DNA of 62,904 bases, filler included, from Dirinaria sp. TL-2023a (Eukaryota), in NCBI GenBank assembly GCA_051941275.1. It is 9 parts of 9 records of this genome, joined end to end, with 100 filler letters (N's around TTAATTAATTAA, not from the genome) between each part and the next. Parts side by side here need not be neighbours in the genome. Positions count along the whole stretch, not along the records: positions 49,057 to 55,932 come from JAVEBF010001396.1; positions 56,033 to 62,904 come from JAVEBF010001397.1; 7 more parts are not named here. One strand, 5' to 3'. Below the pieces are notes generated by a model. That model was not told the origin of the DNA, searched no databases, and saw only the letters and a program-made list of their open reading frames with translations. A program made the position numbers and the translations under genes. Positions 51,616 through 62,904 of the stretch are shown in pieces. The stretch's first letter is position 1; each line of letters begins with the position of its first letter.

Positions 51616-53869
51616 AGTCATGCTCTTCTTGAACTCCTCGTCTTGAAAACTTCGATGGGTAAGAGAAACGCAGGTCTCGAGCCCACGATCCAGACACTTG
51701 AATGCTTGGCATACATGGTAAGGTACCCAGCCCACATGACGAATCTAGATGGAGCAGAAAGGAATCGATACCGATCTAGCGCGACAGCCGCGATAGACGA
51801 AGACTCGGCTTGGCTAAGATTCACCCGATCAAGCGGAAGTGAGTGTGCTTCTACTCACAAATAGGTTTGAAATACGCACGGAAAATGGAGATACTGCAGT
51901 GCTCAAATGATGAGACTTGAGCATTACGGCGCTTCACAAGCTCTGCTCCAGAACGGTACAACCTTGTTGCGATGCTTTGGCTCCGCGCGATGGCAATCGG
52001 CCCTTGCTTTTCCATGGGCTTATACATCTTACCAAACTGTATAAATGAGGAAAAAGTGCTCAACATGAGCAGAAGTCCTGCGTCATCAGGGACCGATGCG
52101 ATTCCGAGCTATTAGGTGCTAAATAAGCTGAAGAAGCTTCTACTACGAAGAGCCTTTAGTTGCTCTAGCGTTACGAACTTCAACTATATGTAACAGGCAG
52201 TGAGTAGCGAGGCCCCTTTCCTGCTCCAAGCTACTCCGAAGTTTTGGATCTAGAAGAATACCCTAGTGAAAACCAGGGACTTTTTAAACCGAAAAATTCA
52301 GCTTCGCCAATGGATTTGCAACTTATATGGGTGAGCGCCCTTCGATCTCCAAATTGGACACAGATTGGGCAAATATGCCACGATATATTGGCTGGTGGTA
52401 GCAAAATTGCGAGTTGAGAACTCTGTGGCTGATCTACGCAGCAGCGTGGGTCACTATGGCCTACATTCGGTCGCCTTACCTACAGCATACCGCGAACTAG
52501 AATGCTTTGAAGATCTGAAGGCGGAAAGATACAGCCATTCCAATGGGATACAGGTCTCGGAGATGGAATCCAGCGAAGTGCATTTGGAACACCATGAATG
52601 GAATGAAGTTGTCAGCCAGGCATCTCCTATGGAGTTGGTGATATTTGGCCACTTTGAAAGCAGAATCAATCGAGTTGACAAGGAACAAAAGTTACGAATC
52701 CTGACTTGTCACATTTGTATGAGGATCCTAAGGTATGTCACGATCAATTGCACCATTCGTCGCAGCTCGGAAGTAGCTCCGTCAGTCCCTGTGCAATGTG
52801 GAGCCATTGAATCTTCCCCTTGAGCTAGCGTTCTAGCGCGAAGTATCTTGAAGGAAACGCCGGAATATGTATCTACACAAAACAAGGCACTGATGAAGTT
52901 TCGCTTTTCGAGCTCGCGACACATAGTGGACTTCAAAGTACAACTACGAACGACAGCGCTTTCCTGATCGGCTTTCTGGCTACCTCTCGCAAATTTACAG
53001 GCGCTTAGAACCCCTTGTGTGAACAGTAAGTGAGCTAAATATTTTCGGTCTTCTTGCAGCTGAAAAGTCTTCTTCCTGGTCCATTATTGATAGCGCTCGA
53101 GAAAGGGGTAAGGTAACCAGTGGCTACCTATCTGATGAGGTATTTTACCCCGATAATAATAATCTCAGGTGAAATTTTCACATGGAATGAACCGGCGCAC
53201 TATGCCCAAAGCAACCAAGAAGCTGCGACAGGTCCTGGCGGGGTAAAGGACTAAAGGGACTGTAAGTCTGTACCTTCCATGTGCAGGAAAAAACGTGTCG
53301 AAGGATCCCCGCGGTTCCCGGCCTTGATGCACGATGATCGAATTCTCTCCTTGCGATTCCCCCCAACGCTTTTCCTTAATGGCTCAAATGCTCCTAGAGG
53401 CCCATCCCAACTGGTCAATGAGATGGCGCCATCGCGGAAATTTCCTATCGGGCACTATCTTCCAGGATCCCAGATTCTTCAATTGCAGATGCTCGGAGGA
53501 TGCCTTGGATCAGCCCATGTGAAAAAGAATTTTCAATTCATTTCAAGCTGTGCTTATATACGGTATTTTCCTTTGCAAACCAACGAGATGTCCCAATCCG
53601 TGAAACAGCCTCGTTTCCTCATTGTACCCCTTGACAGGCTTTGCACTTGACGAACTCCTAATAGTGCCCGCTTCTGTTGCTTGTACTATCGCTCCTCGCC
53701 CTGCAGCACTTCATTCTATCCCATGTCCCTGCAGTGAGGAAATACCTCGAGCTTCACCTTCCATAAATGTCAAGTTCTTGATACATTCCAGACTCCAGAT
53801 CAGGTCTTATCACGGGACTCAAAAGTTCCGTACGACATTTTCAATTGCTAAAGCCACGGCCTGGGCAGT

Positions 53870-55278
53870 ATGGCTGCTGGAAACATGGCTACAAACGGCA
53901 CGCAAAAGGATAGTCTATCACCGCCTCCAGAGGTGCGGCGGGGAGTTCGACGACTCTCATCCATGAGCACAACTTTCGACGAGCTGTCGCTGGGGCCGTC
54001 GGTCGTCGTTCCTCCAGAGCATCTGGAAAGGCCCAGCGATGCGCATGAGACTGCGGCGGCGATGGAGATGGCCAAACGCCATCTCAGCAAAGCCGCCGCG
54101 GAAGAACTTGCTAGCACACCTACAACACCCCCTACAACATCCACGACAGACTCTTACGCTTTTGCCTTTGATATTGATGGCGTTCTTATCCGCGGAGGAA
54201 AACCACTGCCAGAAGCCATCGAGGCCATGAAAGTGCTGAACGGTCAAAACCAATATGGCGTAAAGATGTAAGTTGTCGTAGCACTGTATCTGTAAGCAGA
54301 GTCACTGATTGCAATAGACCATACATCTTCCTGACCAACGGCGGTGGCAAGACGGAAGAGGAGAGATGTTTGGATCTGAGCAAGCAGCTGCAGATGGAAG
54401 TTTCTCCTGGTCAGTTCATCTGCGGCCACACGCCGATGCGAGAAATGGCCGAGCAATACAAAACTGTGCTCGTTGTTGGCGGAGAAGGGGAGAAATGCCG
54501 TGAAGTCGCCGAAGGATATGGGTTTAAAGATGTCTGCACGCCAGGCGATATTATCAAGGACAACACTGCGACGACACCATTTCGAAAGCTCACACAGGAT
54601 GAGCACGACCATTCACGGCAGCGCAACTTCGGAGAGACGGAAATCGATGCTATCTTTGTGTTCGCAGATAGCCGAGATTGGGCAGGAGATCAACAGATCA
54701 TTCTGGATCTTCTGATGTCCAAGCATGGACGACTCGGTACCCGTTCGGAAACATTCGATGAAGGTCCTCCGATCTTCTTCTCCCACAATGACATGGTTTG
54801 GTCTACCTCCCATGACCAAAGTCGGCTTGGCATGGGGGCTCTTCGCGCTTCTTTGGAGAGTCTCTTCAAAGCAATGACAGGCAAAGAAATGCAATCGACG
54901 GCATTTGGCAAACCTCAGATTGGCACGTTCCAATTCGCGACACGTTTACTCCAGCAGTGGCGGAAAGATGTCCATGGGATCGACAAGCCGCCACAAACGG
55001 TCTACTTTGTGGGCGACACACCCGAATCCGACGTCAGGGGCACGAACGAGTTCAACGATTCTCCGTACTCGGAGAACACGTGGTACTCCATCCTCGTCCG
55101 CACCGGTGTCTTTCAAGAAGGCACGAAACCTCGATTCATTCCCCGAGCCACGGTGGACAATGTGCTCGAAGCTGTGAGGCACGGCATACGAAGGGAAGTG
55201 ATCAAGGCCACGAAGACCCAGAACGTCAACGGCGCTATCGAAGATGGAGGTGCGATTCTCGAAGAGGAGCACGCATAG
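53870..55278 (+). CDS. HAD-superfamily subfamily IIA hydrolase (CECR5/HDHD5-like)
   Basis: FAFDIDGVL, PYIFLTNGGG, FGKP, YFVGDTPESDVRG and ILVRTGV; intron 54268-54318. Confidence 0.92.
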
Positions 55279-55932
55279 ATGACTATGTGCATTGGGGGTC
55301 TGTTCGGCCGACACAGCTCGGCTGCTTTTGATCATATATTGAGATGGGGGACTTTGCACCGAAAAGGCATACCATTGGCGTTCTGTGGGCCCTGTGGCGT
55401 TGCCATGCACGAAATAAGGTAGCGCTGGGCAGTGTTCCTTTGCCTGATAAAGTACTGTAGATACCCACTACAAATCACAGAGCATCATTATTCTTTCTCC
55501 CGCGCGGCGAACACCGGGACAAAACCCCCAAGCAGTCATTGTGCCTATTCGAATACAACTGCATCTTATGAACGTTGCCCAAGTCTGAGTCCCGTGACCC
55601 AACAAGGTACTCGTCAGCTCATCTCATATGCAAAGCATGAAGAAGAGAATAAGCTCCAACCTGTTGATTAAGGTAATGTCTGTGTAGAGAGTAATGACGA
55701 CTAGTACAGTAATAAAGCTTCATTGTTTCGGGCTTGGCATGCCGCACGCTTCCTGTTAAGGGATCTGGAACCTCGATCGAGACGGGGATGGCTGTGGCTT
55801 TTGTGCATATTATTATTATCATTATTCCCCATACTCGAATATGGCTGGTGTGGCTATAGGTAAGGTTTGGAGTGAATCCTTCGGCGAAAGGCGCATCGGG
55901 CCCTCGTGCCCTCGGCCTGCCTGGGGATCATC

Positions 55933-56032
55933 NNNNNNNNNNNNNNNNNNNNNNNNNNNNNNNNNNNNNNNNNNNNTTAATTAATTAANNNNNNNNNNNN
56001 NNNNNNNNNNNNNNNNNNNNNNNNNNNNNNNN
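55933..56032. other. Artificial contig spacer
   Basis: N44-TTAATTAATTAA-N44. Confidence 0.97.
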
Positions 56033-56083
56033 CTTCCAATCCAACATCATCCCTCCCGCCCGCAACCCCACCGGAGCCCCATC

Positions 56084-58453
56084 ATGAAGCGGTCAACTTC
56101 TCCTTTAGACCAGCACAATCAACACCAAAACCAACCCCATCTATACGACCCGCCGTCACATGGCCCTCAGCAACCGCTCCTCTTCAATCCGGACTGGAGA
56201 ATTCCTGACGCTGCTCAGCTGGCCTATCCCCTCGACAACAACTTCGCTCAGCAGTACGAAAACGGCTACACGGTCCCTTACCAAATCTCACCCACCGACT
56301 TCATGTCGCCACAACCGCCGCAGATGAACCATGGCTTACAGATGGACTATCTCCCAGTGGGGAGTCACATGGACTCCATGTCCTTCGAGTGGCAGGACTT
56401 TCAGACCGAACCGATGTTTTCAGCAGCCAACGGCCTACCGGACATGAATATGGCGCCTCAGACTTTGCCAGGGAGCTCCCCAACTGATACATGGCTCGAA
56501 GTACGCTCGCTGACCAGTAGTGGAAGCGACAATGGCTGGGCCTCGATCGAGTATCCGCAACACTCGCCGCAGGAGCCGCAAGCCGCGCCAGCGATCTTTA
56601 ATCCCGGTCAAACACTTCATGGTCAGACACTGGGTCAGACATTTCACAACCGAACTCTGTCCGACTCATCATACTCGGATCTGGAGCTGCAATCTCGACA
56701 TTCGTGGAGCAGTGGCTATGGCGATATCTCGAACGCGATCAGCTCTCCAGGAACTGATAGCCTCGGTGATGTGGATCTTCACCACGAACATTTCCACGCC
56801 CATGACCAGAGTCAAAATGAAGACACGAGGACTAATCGGCCAAGCGCACCCGCTCTCGTGTCCTCCCCATCAAAGCCAATCAATATCAAGAAGTCGTCGT
56901 CTCCCCCTCAAAGGTCACCTATCTCAATCGGTAAAAGCTCTCCGACAAGGAGGCAGTCTCGAAAGACTTCCGGTACGAAAGCAGCGAAAGGTATAGCTCG
57001 CAGACCATCGCAAGCACCGAAATTGGATACCGAAAAACGCATAGGGCGGAGAAAAGGCCCGCTTCGACCAGAGCAAAGGAAGCAGGCTGGCGAGATTAGG
57101 AAGCTTGGCGCCTGCTTGCGTTGCAAATTTCTCAAGAAAACTGTAAGCAATGACTGAGTTGGTTGCGCTGCGTACATACTGATGATGAACAGTGTGACAC
57201 CGCACAATGTGATAGTGGGGAAAAGTGCAGAGGATGTAAGCCCTCCCACGCTCGCCTGTGGGTGGTACCTTGTACACGGATTGATATCAAGGAGCTTGCG
57301 TATTTCATGAAGGATTGGAGAGCCGACTATGAACGGCACGTAAGCCTGGCATTTTCAATTGGCAACGTCAAGGGGGTTGGTGACACTGAGCGGACACTTT
57401 ACATCACCCATGGCTATGGTCCTGTCCTTCCAGTAAGGGCGCGGGAAGTCTTCGTGCGAGACGAGCGATGCTTTGGGGTCGAGTGGGTTGAGAGTTTGCA
57501 TAGTCCGCCGCGAGAGCATACGGTCAGCACGGCCAAGCTTTCTGCTGGAATAGAAGGGATCAAGCCGGCCTTACTGAGCGATTACATCGACAAACATATT
57601 GATGACGGTTTCGAACAGTTTGTTGACGACTACTTCGAGGGCACGCCGTTCCTCACGGAGATGCTCAAGACGGTGTATCGCTATTGGCTGCTTGAACGTA
57701 CGCCTGTCTTGCGCAAATGCTTACAATTGTTGGTCTCATACAACCTCACGCAGCATGTTACGATGGTTATTGGTGTCCCAGACGAGGAAGGCTTTTTGGG
57801 CAAGATCCGAGATCCGACTTCCAAGTTCAGGGGCCAGACGATCGCGCCTGTCATGATCAATTTCCAGATCAAGTGCGGTCTGGCAAACATGTGGCGAGAG
57901 CTACAAAAGGAGATCCTCGAGGAACTTTCGGTATTGTACTCGAGTGTTTATACGAGGGACAAGCTCAAGCACTGGCCCACGATTTTCATGACAGCTACGA
58001 TTCTGCTCGGAGTTTGGGAGGAAATGCAGTTTGATTGCCAGTACCGGATTCCGGTTGGTATTCCAACCACGGGCTACTGTGCCGGTGACTGACGCGATAT
58101 CTAGGACCAAGAAGTTGTGTCTAAATTCTGCGATGACATGGAGTCTACGCCGGTGGGGGTTATTGTCGGCCTGTTTTCGGCCATATCCCAAAAATTGCCG
58201 GCGCTGCGGGACTGGGATACCGAGAAGCACCATACACAGCTCCAGTCGAACTACGCCGTATGCACTGCGTTGACCGAGGTCCGGCAACACGTCCACCGCT
58301 ACGGTAAGCATGCGTCCACGATCTCGCGCGTTCACACTGACTGTTCCGGTAGATGAATACCTTCGCACTCGGCCGACGGCAAAGTTCGACCGGGACGACT
58401 TCGACTCCCTTTCCAGCAAGTTTGTTTCCAAGCTCGTCATCCGCCCAAACTAG
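56084..58453 (+). CDS. Zn(II)2Cys6-like transcription factor with central zinc cluster
   Basis: RRKGPLRPEQRKQAGEIRKLGACLRCKFLKKT|..CDSGEKCRGC..LWVVPC; low-complexity N-terminus; introns at 57143-57192, ~58054-58104 and ~58304-58352. Confidence 0.85.
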
Positions 58454-59006
58454 GGATTCTATATGATTCGATGCCATTTGATGATTCAACGCCAGCGCCA
58501 AAATGAGTGATTATGATTGATCTAGACGCCATCTCTCAAAGAGCGGCGTCAGCGTAAAACGTGAACATGGCGCGACCGACGATACACTGTAGCTTATTTT
58601 CTTTCGCTCAGGGGGCTTGAGGCCAGAAGGGCATTGGTTTCAAGCTCGTTTTACGACTTCTGGTGACCTGGATGTATCAACGATCACGACGTTTACGGTG
58701 GGAATGTGCCAGCATCACTGGACTTGTATGACCACTTCTTTTTGATTCTTCAACTCACCATGTTCATTGGGGGATAGTCGCTGAAGACGATGTACGTCGT
58801 TTTAAGATTTATAGAGATAGCTGGCTAGAAGCAGTGGGATACCCGGTTGGCTGTCGAAATGCCTTCACATCTTTCGAAGACACACCGGAGTGACACGAGG
58901 TTGATAGGGTGACCACCATGATCAATCGTTTGTCACATTATTCTTTCTTGAGTCTCGAACTTCCTGTGCGGGCATCACGTGCAGTGTGACATGCCGATTC
59001 TAGATT

Positions 59007-59020
59007 GTTCCGGGAAATTC
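59007..59020. promoter_or_regulatory. Possible heat-shock element upstream of polyubiquitin
   Basis: gTTCcgGGAaaTTC is an imperfect alternating nTTCn/nGAAn array ~320 bp upstream of the ATG; UBI4 orthologues are known Hsf1 targets. Confidence 0.35.
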
Positions 59021-59330
59021 CATGGGCAAGTGAACGGGAAAGCGTGCAGTACGCAGTCTGGCAGTCTTGGTGGTGTACCTTAGGTAAGCGAAAGTGGGCT
59101 GTGTCATCGAAGCTCAACCCGCCCTTTCCCGATGTGCAACACTAAAGTTGCTTAGGTAAGCTGGTAGGGTAGTCACTTCCTGCCTTTTCCTAACCTACAA
59201 ATACCCGTCTTCCTCCTTCTCCCATCTCTCATTCTTCCCATCAACTGCCAACCACCAAATACTCGTCTTTTGCAAGCGATCAACTTGAACCCATACATAC
59301 ATCCTTCAATACAGTTTCAAATCCGTCATC

Positions 59331-60371
<1,041 letters not shown>

Positions 60372-60766
60372 TTGTTTAATAGCCTGGTGTTTTGTTTGAT
60401 TTTCGGAGGTTCATGGCTGGTGTCTCATGGTCAATGATTGACGCCCTCTTCAGATAGCACGTAGCATGTTTTTGGTATCCAAGTCCAATATGACTACATT
60501 CAGCCAGTACATGATTCACCATGTTCAAAGCGCGAAGTGGTTTCTGCGTAACATCATGTTAATACCTTCCGAAACATGTGACATGAACAAATCATAGTTC
60601 AGTTCAACAGCTCTTCGGTCCAATCCCTCCAGTCAGCATTTTACATCGCTACTTGCTCACCACTTTCACGAGAAATGATGTGACCTCGGATCTTCCAAGC
60701 AGATCCCTCAGCAGCAGTACAGGAATCCGAAAGGCCAAGTATGAGGGCCACACAGTCAACGAGCCC

Positions 60767-62904
60767 ATGCCGTCATTCTTCTACCATCTAGCTGTCGACC
60801 TTGATGCGCCCGCATCTACCTCCTCTCAGATACCCCAAAAACCCTGGGACGCTTTCTCAAGTACAGTGAGAGCCGGCAATAGACAATCACATGCACAAAC
60901 ACGGGCACAGGTATCACAAGAATCACAACTCCCATTAGGTGAAGAGCTTGGAGTGCAAGGCCCGAACCAAACAGCGGGACAGTCAGATCCTCATCAAGCG
61001 GCTGCAAGTCTCAATTCTGCTCCAGCCATCGTACAAGATTGGCGTTACGGCAGCATCCTGACGCAGGAGATTGAGATGGCGCCTGGGACTCAAGAAGGCT
61101 CGAGTGAAATTATGCCAAAACGCGATACACTCCTCAACAACGGTATATCTGCCGGTCCGAGTGGTCTTGCCACCAAAGGTCGGTTCGAGCCTTTAAACTC
61201 AGAGGAGGAAGAGCTGGGACGGGGAGTTGTACGGCTGTACCGAGACGGGGAGGAAACGCCTGGGTTGTACGACAAGCCTACAATAGGCAAGAGCAGCAAG
61301 GCAGGAAGGGCGCTACAGCGGAAAGACGAAGCGGAACAGCCAGCATTCAAGGACGAGGATTGCACTACGCTATGTATACTCGCGGTGCCCTCGTACCTGA
61401 CCCCATCCGACTTCCTTGGCTTTGTAGGAGAGAGGACGAGAGACGAAGTCAGCCATTTCAGAATGATCAGGACGGAGAGGAGTAATCGATATATGGTGCT
61501 GATGAAGTTCCGTAACGGGAAGAAAGCGAGAGAATGGAGGATAGAGTGGAATGGGAAGGCTTTTGATGGGATTGAGGTATACTATACTTCGTTTCTCCTT
61601 CTATGAAGCAGACTCGCTGACAGCTTTCTTTAGCCAGAGACAGCACACGTCGTCATCGTCTCCTCCATCACCTTCCTCACCCCTTCCAATACCTCTCAGC
61701 CGACCTCGTACCCTACAACCCCCAACGACCCTTTCACACCCTCTCAACCCTCTACCTCTACCCGCCCTTCAACGACAAGCAAACCTCTAGCACCCCCAAC
61801 CCCTTCCCTTATCGAACTCCCCACCTGTCCGGTCTGTCTCGAGCGGATGGACGAATCTACCGGGCTCTTGACGATTCTTTGTCAACACGTATTCCACTGC
61901 AGCTGCCTGCAAAAATGGCGGGGAAGCGGGTGTCCTGTATGCCGATATACGCAAAAAAGCGAAATATCCAAGACTCGTGGGGTTTCCTCATCATTTCCAT
62001 CATCGCTGGAGCGTGACGGCGGCACATCAGCAGCGGCCGCCACAAACCTCAACGAATGCTCCGTCTGCCGCTCGGAGGCGAACCTGTGGATATGCCTGAT
62101 CTGCGGCAGCGTAGGCTGTGGACGGTACGACGCCGCGCACGCGTTCCGGCACTTCGAAGCCAGCGGGCACGCCTTCGCGATGGATCTCAGCACGCAGCGG
62201 GTCTGGGACTACAATTCGGACAGCTACGTGCACCGGCTGGTGCAGAACGCGCACGACGGGAAACTGCTCGTGGATCTCTCCTCCTCGACCTATGACGGTC
62301 CGGGCCAAGGCCAGTACGCACAGCAAGGGCTCGAGTACCCCGACGCGGAAGACGACTACGACGACTTCGTCCCGCGCAGCAAACTGCACAACGCGGGCAT
62401 CGAGTACACGGCGCTCCTGACCAGCCAGCTCGACAGCCAACGCATGTACTTCGAAGGCGCCCTGGAGCGCGCCGCCGACAAAGCCAGCCTGGCGTCCCAA
62501 GCCGCGGAAAAGGCGACGCACCGCGCCGAAACGCTGCAATCCCAACTCGACGACCTCGCGCTCCAGCACACCCGTCTTTCGGAGAACACGGTGCCGGAGC
62601 TCGAGAAATCCACGTCCCGCGCGGAGAAGAAGGCCGAGAAATTCGAGACCCTGGCCCGTTCATTGGGGAAGCAGTTTCGGGAGGAGAAGACGGTGAGCGA
62701 GAGCTTGATGGCGCGCATCCGCCATCTGGATTCCCGGATCGAGGAGATGGGGTTACGGGAGGAGGCGTTGACGCGGGAGAAATCGGAGGCCGAGGATACG
62801 GTCCGCGACCTCATGTTTTCGCTCAGCGGCAGTCGGAAGATTCAGGAGATGGGCGAGGAGGTCGTGCAGGGGGATGTCAGTGTCCCCCCTCCTCCTGCTG
62901 TTGC
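60767..62904 (+). CDS. ETP1: BRAP2/Etp1-like RING and UBP-zinc-finger protein (3'-truncated)
   Basis: LCILAVPSYLTPSDFLGFVG, RYMVLMKFR, ELPTCPVCLERMDE..CQHVFHCSCL..CPVCRY, LWICLICG.VGCGRYD..HA and RVWDY; coiled-coil end. Confidence 0.92.

Noticed and set aside
52365..52936. Overlapping 60-150 aa ORFs between ATG6 and the HAD gene
   Set aside because: No recognisable motif or consistent exon structure; could be a decayed gene, but I cannot support that.

Overview
Filamentous ascomycete (Pezizomycotina-type) genomic DNA with short GT-AG introns. The window is not one locus. It is nine contigs of 6932, 6929, 6916, 6914, 6903, 6884, 6878, 6876 and 6872 bp, sorted by length and joined by artificial 100-bp N44-TTAATTAATTAA-N44 spacers, so adjacency across spacers means nothing. 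Most contigs carry housekeeping genes: GPN2, POP5, gephyrin/CnxE, VMA16, TFIIA-gamma, a LACTB2-like hydrolase, a J-protein, HOG1, AVL9, ALT1, SWI1-like, IMG2, eIF3e, RVS161, SAT4/HAL4 kinase, ATG6, a HAD hydrolase, a Zn-cluster factor, polyubiquitin and BRAP2/ETP1. The standout is contig 1, a compact accessory module. An 8-exon CorA-like membrane protein gene is transcribed divergently from an unannotated 3-exon, 60-aa microprotein gene. The microprotein ends 56 bp upstream of a large kinase gene (kinase + HeLo-like helical region + PH-like tail), whose otherwise intact 1078-aa frame is interrupted by one in-frame TAG. This is a candidate undescribed fungal signalling, cell-death or allorecognition system. 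Other oddities are a secreted M35-like pseudo-protease divergently paired with a Cys-rich secreted protein, an AAA+ pseudo-ATPase, and a recurrent intergenic TACCTWAGGTA inverted repeat. All gene models were spliced by eye, and family calls come from motif recognition rather than database searches.
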